From: Candidatus Delongbacteria bacterium
Lineage (GTDB): Bacteria > CAIWAD01
Assembly (NCBI GenBank): GCA_963663545.1
Contig: OY760505.1
Span: 512,001-576,000 of the forward strand
Direction: 5' to 3'
Length of the DNA stretch: 64,000 bases
A model generated the notes under the pieces. It did no database searches. It worked only from the letters and a program-made list of their open reading frames with translations, and had not been told where the DNA came from. Positions 1 to 9,402 of this stretch are shown here, piece after piece. The translations under genes and the position numbers were made by a program. Each line of letters starts with the position of its first letter. Within the stretch, counting starts at the first letter, position 1.

Positions 1-154
1 CGGCTGCGAATACACGCGTTGGGAATGGCGGGAATCTCCTCAGGCAGCCTTGGCCGAAGATACCGTGCTGGCCTGGTCTTTGGGATGGCAGCGTCCATTC
101 TGAGCCTTGGGTGTTTGGCTTTCCCCTTTTGGAATGTCAAATTCGGTGCTTCTT

Positions 155-226
155 TACCCCGTGGTGTAATTGGCAACACATCAGGTTTTGGTCCTGACGT
201 TCCAGGTTCGAGTCCTGGCGGGGTAG
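155..226 (+). tRNA. tRNA-Gln(TTG)
   Basis: Acceptor stem TACCCCG/CGGGGTA, D arm GTGTAATTGGCAACAC, anticodon arm TCAGG-TTTTGGT-CCTGA, T arm CCAGG-TTCGAGT-CCTGG; CCA not encoded. Confidence 0.95.
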
Positions 227-229
227 CTG

Positions 230-268
230 GCGACTTGACTCGGTCCCTAGGGGACCGCGTCAAGTCGC
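230..268. other. Long hairpin immediately downstream of tRNA-Gln
   Basis: GCGACTTGACTCGGTCCC-tag-GGGACCGCGTCAAGTCGC, 18-bp stem with one mismatch. Confidence 0.8.
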
Positions 269-283
269 TTGTAGTTTTTGGCC

Positions 284-672
284 ACCCTGTGGCCAAAAAC
301 TACGGCGGTTGTTTAGCTAACGGCTAGAAATCGGGGCGTGGCCCCGAGAAGAATCGGAAATCAGTCGAAACAAACAGAACACGCGGACTACAACCCTGTG
401 GCCAAAAACTACGGCGGTTGTTTAGCTAACGGCTAGAAATCGGGGCGTGGCCCCGAGAAGAATCGGAAATCAGTCGAAACAAACAGAACACGCGGACTAC
501 AACCCTGTGGCCAAAAACTACGGCGGTTGTTTAGCTAGCGGCTAGAAATCGGGACGTGGCCCCGAGAAGAATCGGAAATCAGTCGAAACAAACAGAACAC
601 GCGGACTACAACCCTGTGGCCAAAAACTACGGCGGCTGTTTAGCTAACGGCTAGAAATCGGGGCGTAGCCCC
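284..672 (+). repeat. Tandem array of a 109-bp unit, about 3.6 copies
   Basis: Units start at 284, 393, 502, 611 (ACCCTGTGGCCAAAAACTACGGCGG...); copies 3 and 4 each carry 2 substitutions; flanked by the 19-bp direct repeat GGGGACCGCGTCAAGTCGC (250-268, 675-693). Confidence 0.95.
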
Positions 673-885
673 AGGGGGACCGCGTCAAGTCGCGCGGTCT
701 GGTGAGTCGAAATAGTGGGTACGCCATTGGGCGCCGCGTCTACAGGATGCAATTGGTTGACTGTCTGCTTGGCGTACTAAAACAAGGATGATCAGCCGGA
801 CGACGCATCAGCAAACCTTCTTACTCAAAATCCTCTTTCTTCCTTGGCGATCTTTGCGAGCTCTGCGAGATGCACCTCTTCAAGC

Positions 886-1242
886 TTACTTGAACAGCAA
901 GCCCCGGAACAGGAAGAAGACGGCACCCAGCAGGCAAAGGCCAGCCCACAAGTAATCGAGGCTAAGTCGCTCGCGCAGATAGAAAAGGGAGAAGGGCACA
1001 AAGACGCTCAGGGTAATCACTTCCTGCAGGAGTTTCAGCTGGCCGACGCTAAGCACTTGATGGCCGATTCGGTTGGCGGGCACTTGTAGCAGATACTCGA
1101 AAAGCGCGATGCCCCAACTGATCAGCGCCGCCACAACCCAGCCGCGGTGCGACAAGTTGCGCAAATGACCGTACCAGGCAAAGGTCATAAAGACGTTGCT
1201 CAAGCAGAGCATCAGCACCGTCAGTCCTACCGGACGCAGCAT
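886..1242 (-). CDS. DMT-superfamily small membrane protein (DUF486-like)
   Basis: SNVFMTFAWYGHL, SWGIALFEY, QVPANRIG and QLKLLQEVITL motifs; start moved to ATG 1242. Confidence 0.85.
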   Translation of the reverse strand: MLRPVGLTVLMLCLSNVFMTFAWYGHLRNLSHRGWVVAALISWGIALFEYLLQVPANRIGHQVLSVGQLKLLQEVITLSVFVPFSLFYLRERLSLDYLWAGLCLLGAVFFLFRGLLFK

Positions 1243-1264
1243 ATCGCTCCCCCTTGTCTCACGG

Positions 1265-3013
1265 TCAAACGGCTTCTCCGCGCGAAGGGCCGGAACGGTC
1301 CGCCACCTGCCAGGCCAGCGGATCTTCGGCGGGAGCGGGAGTCTCCTCCACCTGCGGCGGTTCTCCCAATGGCATGTGCAGCGAAAGAATCGCACGGTCC
1401 GCACTCCAGAACACGCGAGCGTCGCCCAGCTCTTCACGCAGGCCCGTACGCACCAACAGATGTTCTACGCGCGGCTGCATGCCCGTCAGCAGCATGTCTC
1501 CTCCACCGGCGAGTTGACGCTGCCAGAGCTCGCGCAGCACCTGCACACCGGTCGCGTCAATCAGTGATACACCGCGCATGGAAAGAATGAGAATCGCATC
1601 GGCGCTGGTCTCGGCCTCGACGCGTTCGAACAGGCGACGCGCCGCAGCGAAGAAGAGCGGTCCGCTGGTGTAATACACTTTCACCGGCTGCGAGGGAGGA
1701 CGGAAGCCTTCCGCATCACGGCCAAGGCGCGTGTGATCCAATTCCTGACTGCTGATGTGCAGGCCTGATACCTGGGACATGAAGACCAATGCGCTGAAGC
1801 CGAAGCCGATGACGATCGCCTGGGTAAGATCCAGCACAACCGTAGCCAGCAGCGTAAGCGCAAAAGCACCGATGGCGTGTTTCAGCCTGCGCTCGAAATA
1901 GAAGCGGATGGTCTTCCACTCGTTCATCTGCCAGGCCGTCACCAACAGAATGCCCGCCAGTGCAGCCAGCGGAACGCGACTCATCCAGGGCGCAATGAGC
2001 ATCACAACGGCCAGTAGCACCAGTCCGTGAAAGATAGGCGCCATGCGTGTTACACCACCGGAGCGAATGTTAACACTAGTACGCGCAATGGCCGCCGTAG
2101 CCGGAACGCCACCGAAGAAGGGAATGAGGAAGTTGGCCAGTCCCTGCGCAATCAGCTCCAGACTGGTGTGCAGACGAATCCCCGTCGCGTTTCCGGCCAC
2201 CGCTCCGCAGAGCAGGCTCTCGATGGCTCCCAGGGCGGCGATCGAGCAGGCGGGTACCAGCAAGTGTCCCATGCGCGTCAGACCGAAATCCTGCAAACGC
2301 AACCCGTGATCCAGGACAATGCTGCGCGGAATTTCGCCAATGGTAGTGAGTTCCCACCCCGTCAGATTTGCCAGCACAGTGGCCACAATCAGCGCTACCA
2401 GTGAGCCGGGCACACGGCTTTTTTTCACCATGCGCGGCCAGAGCAGCATCAGCCCAATGACCAAGGTCGTGATACAAAGACTGGGAAAATGGGGTAGGTC
2501 ACCCAGTCGAAGATGGGTCCAAAGAGCGAACAAGGGGGATTCGCCGCCCCGTGCAGGCAAGCCGAAAGCCGAGTCCACCTGACCCAATGCAATCAGGATG
2601 GCGATGCCGCTGGTGAATCCCGTGATGACCGGCGCTGGAATCAGGTTGACGACACGCCCCATGCGCAGCAGGCCCAGCAGAATCAGGATCAGTCCGGCCA
2701 TCGCACCCGCAAGCCAGACGGAGCTCAAGCCTTCGCGCATGGCCAGCAGTAGTAGAATGGCTGACATGGCGCCCGTAGGACCGGAGACCTGATAAGGTGC
2801 GCCGCCAAGGATTCCGATCAGCACGCCCGCCAGAACAGCGGTGACCAGACCTGCAGCAGCATCAGCACCCGAAGCGATTCCGAAGGCGAGAGCCAAAGGC
2901 AGCGCGACCGCCGCGACGGTCATGCCCGCCAGCAGGTCGCTGCGAAGTGTGGAAAGGGAATAAGCGGCGAACTCACGCCGCCACAACGAAAGGAGGTCAC
3001 GGAAGTAGATCAT
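1265..3013 (-). CDS. SulP/SLC26 inorganic anion permease with STAS domain
   Basis: DLLAGMTVAAVALPLALAFG, QVSGPTGAM, C-terminal STAS (GPLFF, IDATG); start uncertain (3013/3034). Confidence 0.92.
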   Translation of the reverse strand: MIYFRDLLSLWRREFAAYSLSTLRSDLLAGMTVAAVALPLALAFGIASGADAAAGLVTAVLAGVLIGILGGAPYQVSGPTGAMSAILLLLAMREGLSSVWLAGAMAGLILILLGLLRMGRVVNLIPAPVITGFTSGIAILIALGQVDSAFGLPARGGESPLFALWTHLRLGDLPHFPSLCITTLVIGLMLLWPRMVKKSRVPGSLVALIVATVLANLTGWELTTIGEIPRSIVLDHGLRLQDFGLTRMGHLLVPACSIAALGAIESLLCGAVAGNATGIRLHTSLELIAQGLANFLIPFFGGVPATAAIARTSVNIRSGGVTRMAPIFHGLVLLAVVMLIAPWMSRVPLAALAGILLVTAWQMNEWKTIRFYFERRLKHAIGAFALTLLATVVLDLTQAIVIGFGFSALVFMSQVSGLHISSQELDHTRLGRDAEGFRPPSQPVKVYYTSGPLFFAAARRLFERVEAETSADAILILSMRGVSLIDATGVQVLRELWQRQLAGGGDMLLTGMQPRVEHLLVRTGLREELGDARVFWSADRAILSLHMPLGEPPQVEETPAPAEDPLAWQVADRSGPSRGEAV

Positions 3014-3293
3014 GCAATTCTCCGGCGGCGGCATCACCCGTCGACCAACCATACTGCCGGGGAAATCCGACCCGGCACCGGCCAGTCGCTCCCGTCAACC
3101 GGTGGCGGCTGTGTCAGAAAAAGGCGGTGAATGAGCAAATATTTCGGGAGATAAACAAGCTCAAGTCCTACTTCATTCTGCTCCATCTCTCGTCTTGGCG
3201 TGTAGAATGCATCTGAACAGGATGAAGTGTCGAGGTCTCAGATGCGCCGGGCCAGCCAGCACAGTAGTGAAGATGATCTGAGAGTGTGTCACT

Positions 3294-5477
3294 CTACAAC
3301 CAGATTTTCCAGACCAGCCGGAAGGTGCGGCCCGCCTCGGGCATCACACTGCGAATGCGGCTCAAATGTTGGCGATACTCCTGATCCAACAGGTTTTCGA
3401 CGCGTAGCTGAATGCGCTGCAAACCGTCATGTAGCGGCAGAGTCCAGGCCAGATCAGCATCCAGTCGCAGCCAGCCAGCGGTGCGCGCCTCCGGAATAGC
3501 CTCCGGATCCTCGGCCAGATAGACGCGCTCCTGCGGCAGCGCGGCCCAGGCCTCCACTCCATAACGCCAGCACTGCTGATTGTGATGCACGCCCAGCAAC
3601 CCGCTTAGTGGAGGCATTTCCGGGAGCGGCCCGCCATCAACCAGCGTCCCCCGCACATAGGACAGGCTGGCATCCAACTCATAAGCCGCCAGATCTCCGT
3701 GATACGAGAACTCGGCACCGCACATGCGCGCATCACGGCTCATAATGCGGTACTCGTACAAATCGGCACGTCGTGAAGAGAGTTGCCCCGTGAATGAGGG
3801 AAAGAGGTAGTCGTGATACCAGGTGTGGAAAAAGTTGAGCTCGGCACGCGTATGCGGGTGCGCTAGTTTGATGGGAAGCTCCAAAGAAAAGGCGCGCTCG
3901 CTGCCAGCTTCCGGATTGCCGATCTCGTAGGAATAGGCCGCCAGGTGCGGTCCGCCGCTGAACAATTCCAGCGAGGTGGGCGGACGCATAGCGTATTGCA
4001 ACAGCAGGCCGCTCTCAATTGTTGTATCACCCGGCTTCCAGGCTGGCGCGTGCCATTCCAGTGCTCCACTCAGCCCCGAAAAGGTGCGAGTGCGTATATG
4101 GCCCACTACACTGCTGACACGCTCTTCATCGGGTTGGATGCGGTTGTACTCGGCCCGTAGTGCGCCACGCAACCGCTGTTCGCCCCATTGTGCTTCCTTC
4201 AGCCAAGCTATGGACACTCGCCATTCGTCGGTATCCGGTGCGTGACTCAAACCACCGGTGGCGAAATCGCGAAACTCGGCGGACGCCCTCAGCCGTGATC
4301 CGCAGCTTCCCTCCGTATCACACAGACGCAGCTCCAGTTCCTGCAGTACGGACAACACACCAAAGTCAATGCCCAGTTGACCGCTGGACTCGTACTCCGC
4401 ATGGTAATAGCGCACCAGCGCCAACCGATAGCTGGACTGTGATACAAAGGGAAGATGGCCGCTTTCCTTCACTCCCAGATGCACCGTGCGTTGTTGCATA
4501 TGAATACTGACGCCATTGGGATGTGCTCCGACGAAGCCACCGGGAATGCCGTAATCGCTATTGTAGCCACTTAGTGAGAGATCAGCCCCCAGGTTTGTGT
4601 CACCGATTGCGATCCCAAGGCCACCATTGGCTGTTTCCAGGGAGCTATTGTCCAGATCGCCGATGGGCGTATTCACATCGCTGCTTCGTCTCAGCGCTCC
4701 ATCCGCCACCAGGCCAAGTCCATGCAGACTGTGCTTGACGCGAGCCGATACTCCACGGGCCATGCTGGCGGAGTCGAAGAAGAGGCCGGCATTCAACTCC
4801 TGCTTTCCAGCTTCGGCCTGCAAGCCGCGCTCAACGTCCACGACTCCGCCTACTGCCGGACTGTAGAGCAGTGCATCGGCGCCTCTTAGCAGGACGACCC
4901 CATGTGCCGCCAGCGGCTCAATGGCCACCGCGTGATCCGCGCTGGTTGCTGAGAGATCGCCTGTGGGTAAACCATCCTCCAGCAACTGCAGCCGATCACC
5001 GGATAGACCGCGTAACACGGGCCGCGCCGGTGCCGGTCCCATCGAGCGCCGTGACACACCTGCCTCCTGTTCCAAAGTTTCTGCCAGCGTCAACCCGATT
5101 TCCTGTTGCAGTTCGGCCTCGTCAAGTACAAGCCGCGTCTCACGCTGCTCGCGATCCCGCTGCACTTCAAGGGTAATTGCCTCCAGCTCAAGCGTCGACC
5201 TTTGCATCTGGATGTGCTGTGTCACACCAGGAACAGCAAAAAGCCACTGCCGCTGATAGCCCAGGCAACTCACCAGCAAACTATCTCCCGCACCGGGCCA
5301 GCGATCAATTTGAAAACGCCCTTCCAGATCACTGGCAGTTCCGATTGTTCCGTGTACCTGCTGCAGATTGGCTCCGGAAACCGGCGCACCTTCTCTATCG
5401 GTTATGATTCCCTGTAACACCGCAGCCTGTATGGATAGCGGCAGCAGCAGATAGAAAACGATCCACTTGTATCTCAT
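3294..5477 (-). CDS. TonB-dependent receptor (ZnuD-like, metal uptake)
   Basis: Signal peptide, N-terminal carboxypeptidase-regulatory-like domain, plug RPVLRGLSGDR, SADHAV, GPHLAA, terminal VENLLDQEYRQHLS...GRTF. Confidence 0.88.
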   Translation of the reverse strand: MRYKWIVFYLLLPLSIQAAVLQGIITDREGAPVSGANLQQVHGTIGTASDLEGRFQIDRWPGAGDSLLVSCLGYQRQWLFAVPGVTQHIQMQRSTLELEAITLEVQRDREQRETRLVLDEAELQQEIGLTLAETLEQEAGVSRRSMGPAPARPVLRGLSGDRLQLLEDGLPTGDLSATSADHAVAIEPLAAHGVVLLRGADALLYSPAVGGVVDVERGLQAEAGKQELNAGLFFDSASMARGVSARVKHSLHGLGLVADGALRRSSDVNTPIGDLDNSSLETANGGLGIAIGDTNLGADLSLSGYNSDYGIPGGFVGAHPNGVSIHMQQRTVHLGVKESGHLPFVSQSSYRLALVRYYHAEYESSGQLGIDFGVLSVLQELELRLCDTEGSCGSRLRASAEFRDFATGGLSHAPDTDEWRVSIAWLKEAQWGEQRLRGALRAEYNRIQPDEERVSSVVGHIRTRTFSGLSGALEWHAPAWKPGDTTIESGLLLQYAMRPPTSLELFSGGPHLAAYSYEIGNPEAGSERAFSLELPIKLAHPHTRAELNFFHTWYHDYLFPSFTGQLSSRRADLYEYRIMSRDARMCGAEFSYHGDLAAYELDASLSYVRGTLVDGGPLPEMPPLSGLLGVHHNQQCWRYGVEAWAALPQERVYLAEDPEAIPEARTAGWLRLDADLAWTLPLHDGLQRIQLRVENLLDQEYRQHLSRIRSVMPEAGRTFRLVWKIWL

Positions 5478-5528
5478 GATTCACTCCAAAGTCAGGGGCC
5501 TTGCGGCCCCCGACTTCTGTTGCGTTAG

Positions 5529-6338
5529 CTATTGCATCACCACTGGTATCTGCGGACTGGTGTAATGGAAGTGGTCGCCGTGTGCAAGCCGGATCTGCAA
5601 ACTGTCGCTGCCCGCGGCGCTGCTGCTGCAGGCCAGGTTCCAACCGTCGACTGTAACACTCAGCAAACTGCCGTCACTAAGGTTGGCCACCAGGTAGTGG
5701 TCCGCGTCCGGCTGGAAGGTGGTGCCGTCCTCGTCGAAGAACCAGCACTCAACCGCCAGACCCGCAGTGGGAACCTGCAGCGTACCTGTCACCGTGTCAT
5801 TTGCGTTGCAGCAGACCAGAGTATCACTGTCCTGCATCAGCAATAGGCCGACGGGTTCGGTGTGATACCCTTCGCTGTGTGTCACAATCAATGGCAGTTC
5901 AGGACTCAGGTAGTCGTCGTGGTCCTCGTGCAGAATGGCCACGCGTAGTGCACTGCTTTCTGCTTCCACACCTTCTACCGTAAAGGACCAGTTGGCCGTA
6001 TCGACGGTGATGTCGGCCACCAGTGTGCTGTAACGCAGCTCCAGGCTGTGGTCGCCATCCTCATCCGTCTCGGGACGGAACCAGTTGCCTTCGTCATCCA
6101 GAAAGTGAACCAGAATCGGACCCAGAGTGGCGCCTTCGGCCACTTCAACTCCTCCGCTGACATCGGCTGCATCAGCCGACGTGGCCATTGCCAATGTATC
6201 ACCGTCCATCACCAAGGCCACACCAACGGCATCCATGTGCTCGCTATGGCTATCGGAGGCGGGATTATCATCGTCGCTGCAACTCACCATCAGCAGCGAA
6301 ACAAGAAGAACAAGCAGTCCAGTTATTGTCGTGCGCAT
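5529..6338 (-). CDS. His/Asp-rich lipoprotein with internal duplication, putative metal-binding partner of the TBDR
   Basis: Lipobox LMVS-C; two homologous halves ending in LHEDHDDYLSPELP and AHGDHFHYTSPQIP. Confidence 0.75.
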   Translation of the reverse strand: MRTTITGLLVLLVSLLMVSCSDDDNPASDSHSEHMDAVGVALVMDGDTLAMATSADAADVSGGVEVAEGATLGPILVHFLDDEGNWFRPETDEDGDHSLELRYSTLVADITVDTANWSFTVEGVEAESSALRVAILHEDHDDYLSPELPLIVTHSEGYHTEPVGLLLMQDSDTLVCCNANDTVTGTLQVPTAGLAVECWFFDEDGTTFQPDADHYLVANLSDGSLLSVTVDGWNLACSSSAAGSDSLQIRLAHGDHFHYTSPQIPVVMQ

Positions 6339-6518
6339 TTGTTTTACCTCGCAAAGGGGTGCTCCGGGTGACTCGCACACCGGAGACATGTGTAACACAC
6401 CTTCCCCAAGCGCAATCGCTCTCGGGCAAGTGTGAATTGGACACGTAGTCGCAAGAGCCGAACACGGACGGATACTAGCATCCGCCTTGTGTGCAGGACT
6501 CGCGACAGAAGAATTCGA

Positions 6519-6830
6519 CTATGTGAGGTAGGACAAAGGCGGAGCGCGTGCGGATGCGGCCCGGGGCAGTTCGCAGCCAGCCTTGCTGAACTCAGCCTCC
6601 GGCAGTGGCGCGTAATACAGCCTGGGCGCGGTTTCGATGAGTGGAATGACCGTATCACCGTGCGCCTGGGTCAGCGTCTCCACCGGACAGGGGTCCAGGT
6701 GTTTGTGCCAGCTCTGCTCGTGATAGTGGCCGTGAATGGTGTGGTGGTGATGCAAATCGGGCGCAAGCATCAGCAGCAGGTAGCTAACCAGTAGCAGAAT
6801 GCGTGCTCTTCGACTACAGAGGGACTTCAT
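6519..6830 (-). CDS. His-rich leader protein with C-terminal RAPP motif (DUF2946/CruR-like)
   Basis: N-terminal hydrophobic helix, HHHHTIHGHYH, DPCPV, ARAPP five residues before the stop; lies upstream of the lipoprotein and TBDR. Confidence 0.7.
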   Translation of the reverse strand: MKSLCSRRARILLLVSYLLLMLAPDLHHHHTIHGHYHEQSWHKHLDPCPVETLTQAHGDTVIPLIETAPRLYYAPLPEAEFSKAGCELPRAASARAPPLSYLT

Positions 6831-6969
6831 CGCATCACCAAGTTTGGAGGCACAAAGAAACGAAGCTCAGCGCACAATCGCAAGGTTGTGAAAAAAGCGA
6901 GGCCCTGCCTAAGCTGGACCCCGCTTTCCAGGGAGAAAGACATGAGGGAAAAAGGAGGTGTACTTGTTG

Positions 6970-9402
6970 CTAGAAACTGACGCGCACTCCCGCGTAGAGG
7001 CTTCGGCCCAGCAGCGGTCCGTACACAAAAGCGGCGTCATCGGTGTGCTTCTCTTCCTGAAGCACATTACTCAGGTTGGTACCGCCGATGTAGACCCTGT
7101 AGCCCTGCGGGAAGCTATAGCCCAGTTGCGCACTAAACAGCAGCATCTCTTCTGTCTCGTGGATCTTGCTGCCAGGGTTGTCAAGATCGCCGTCGGCGGC
7201 GTAATCGATGTACATCGCGCCTGTGTAGCGACTCTCCAGCATGCCCGTCCACGGCCCCTGGATCCAATCCAGGCGCAGCGCGCCACTCAAACCAGGGAAG
7301 CGACTGAGGTAGCGGCTGTCGTCCTCGTAAGGCGTGTTCAGCCAGTCTTCACGTACGTTGTCGTATTCGCCGTGGAAAAAGCTCAGACTGGGACGCAGTT
7401 TCAGCGTGTGATACAAAGGCACCTCGGCCCCCAGATCGAGCCCCAGCACGGTGGCGTCATCGACGTTGACGTACTCATAATGGTAGCCGCGCGCACTGGC
7501 ATTCTCGCCAGCATCATGAATGCCTATGGCCCCCAGCAGTCGCGTGGCGTACATGTTCAGGCTGAGCGCGTACCCTAGGCGAGCGTAATCTGCGCTGAAG
7601 GAGAAGCTGCGGCTGCGCTCGGGCTCCAGGTCACCGCCCTTCCAGACACGTGGCGAACCGGAACACAGGTGGAGGTCTTCTGAAAAGCCGAAGGGCACTT
7701 TGAAGCCTGTGCCGAAGCTCGCCCTGAGTGTCAGCTCGGAAAGCGGCACCCACTTCAGCGCCAGCCGCGGATTCACGCTGCGCTCGTCGTATTCGACAGA
7801 CTCGAAGACCTGGTGCAACTCGGCTTCGGTAGCCGCAAATCGATCCTCGCTGTCGTGGAAGTCGGCGCGAAGGCCAGCCACCAGCTCCCAGGCGGGAGCG
7901 AAGGCCCATTCGTCCTGCAGCATGACGCCCAGATCCAGCGCCTGCTTCTCGCCGCGTGAAGTGTAATCTAGCCCGTACTGGGCATCGGCTTCGTCCACAA
8001 TCACATAGCGGCCCGACTCCTCCACTTCGTCGCGCGAGACCTGCACCCCGGCCATCAGGCGATGTTCTCCCAGCGTCTGGTAGTAGTGCGCGCCCCCCAC
8101 CCACATGCGCTCAGTGGCCAAGTAGGGGCGCATGGACTCAACAGCGGGCTCGGCGCCGTTGTGTGTCACGATGTAATCGTTCAGGTAGGTGTCATTGGTG
8201 GCGGTTCGATTGTGCTTCACCAGCGCCAGATTCAGATCCAGTTCGCCCTTGCTCCCAACGGGGAGCAAATAGCCCAAGGTGGCCGAGGTGCGCTCGGTGT
8301 CAATGTGCTCCGTGCCCGACGAGTAGGGATTCAAGTATTGATCATTCAACATCACACCGCCGTAGCGGAACTCATTCATGTAGTGCAGGCGCAGACTAAG
8401 TTCGTCGCAGCTGTGCGCCACTCCGCTAAGAAAGACATTGGCTCCCACATTGCGCAGATTGGACTGCACGCGGTCGCTGACGCCGTCCTTGCCCTCCACT
8501 TCGCTGCGGCCAACGCCATCGCGGGTTTCATCCAGCGCATCCTCATTGTTGATCTGGGCGAAAAGCCGAAGGCTGGCATTTCCTCGCACCAGGGCAGCGG
8601 AAGCGTCAAGCTGGCGAGTCCCCTGATCACCGGCTTCCAGCCCGATACTTATGGCATCAGCGCTGGGACGCTCGCTGATAATGTTGATGGCCCCGGCAAT
8701 GGCGCTCGATCCGTACAGGGCCGATCCCGCGCCGCGCACGATCTCGATGCGGTCCACCTCGGTGGAGGAAAACTGCTCCAGCCCATAGACCGCAGCCAGC
8801 CCCGAATACACCGGCATGCCGTCCATCAACACCTGAGTATGATCTGCGCCCAAGCCGTTCATGCGCACCATGGAGAAATTGCAGGCTTGGCACTGCTCCT
8901 CCACACGTAGCCCCGGAGCGGTTTCCAGGGCCTCGTAGAGGTTGGCCGCCGAGCGCATTTCGAAATCGCGCGCCGTCAGAACTTCGGTACGCACGGGCAC
9001 ATCCTGAACAAAACGTGGTGTGCGGGTGCCGGTAACAACCACCGGATTCAGGCTGAACGCATCGGGCACCAGCTCAACACGCAATCCATCTTGTTGCTGT
9101 GAAGGCACACTCAGCGCAAGCGCCTGCGAAGCATAGCCCAGATGTGTGATCAGCAGCCGTAACTCACCCCGACCCAACTCTTCAATCACGAAATGGCCGT
9201 CCAGATCGGTGGCAGCGCCCTTGCGGCTACCCTCCACAACCACGTTGGCGGCCGTAAGGGCCTGACCGGTTGCGGCGTCAACAACGCTCCCGTGCAGCCT
9301 GAATCCACTTGCCAGGGTCACCTGTGACCCTGCAAGCGTCAAGAAGAGCACCACAAGCAGATTCTCTGCAATGCCGTGCGAGGAATAAATAATGGAACTC
9401 AT
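6970..9402 (-). CDS. TonB-dependent receptor (CirA/FepA-like, plug CxxC)
   Basis: VVVTGTRT, CQAC, RIEIVRGAGSALYGSSAIAGAINII, terminal GVRVSF. Confidence 0.92.
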   Translation of the reverse strand: MSSIIYSSHGIAENLLVVLFLTLAGSQVTLASGFRLHGSVVDAATGQALTAANVVVEGSRKGAATDLDGHFVIEELGRGELRLLITHLGYASQALALSVPSQQQDGLRVELVPDAFSLNPVVVTGTRTPRFVQDVPVRTEVLTARDFEMRSAANLYEALETAPGLRVEEQCQACNFSMVRMNGLGADHTQVLMDGMPVYSGLAAVYGLEQFSSTEVDRIEIVRGAGSALYGSSAIAGAINIISERPSADAISIGLEAGDQGTRQLDASAALVRGNASLRLFAQINNEDALDETRDGVGRSEVEGKDGVSDRVQSNLRNVGANVFLSGVAHSCDELSLRLHYMNEFRYGGVMLNDQYLNPYSSGTEHIDTERTSATLGYLLPVGSKGELDLNLALVKHNRTATNDTYLNDYIVTHNGAEPAVESMRPYLATERMWVGGAHYYQTLGEHRLMAGVQVSRDEVEESGRYVIVDEADAQYGLDYTSRGEKQALDLGVMLQDEWAFAPAWELVAGLRADFHDSEDRFAATEAELHQVFESVEYDERSVNPRLALKWVPLSELTLRASFGTGFKVPFGFSEDLHLCSGSPRVWKGGDLEPERSRSFSFSADYARLGYALSLNMYATRLLGAIGIHDAGENASARGYHYEYVNVDDATVLGLDLGAEVPLYHTLKLRPSLSFFHGEYDNVREDWLNTPYEDDSRYLSRFPGLSGALRLDWIQGPWTGMLESRYTGAMYIDYAADGDLDNPGSKIHETEEMLLFSAQLGYSFPQGYRVYIGGTNLSNVLQEEKHTDDAAFVYGPLLGRSLYAGVRVSF

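Noticed and set aside
19..327. 102-aa plus-strand ORF
   Set aside because: Runs through tRNA-Gln and the repeat array; no protein-like features
307..376. Functional tRNA-His genes in the repeat units
   Set aside because: No TTCRA T-loop, no U33 and an imperfect D stem; reported only as tRNA-like
284..672. Possible CRISPR array
   Set aside because: Units are near-identical over all 109 bp, with no unique spacers and no cas genes
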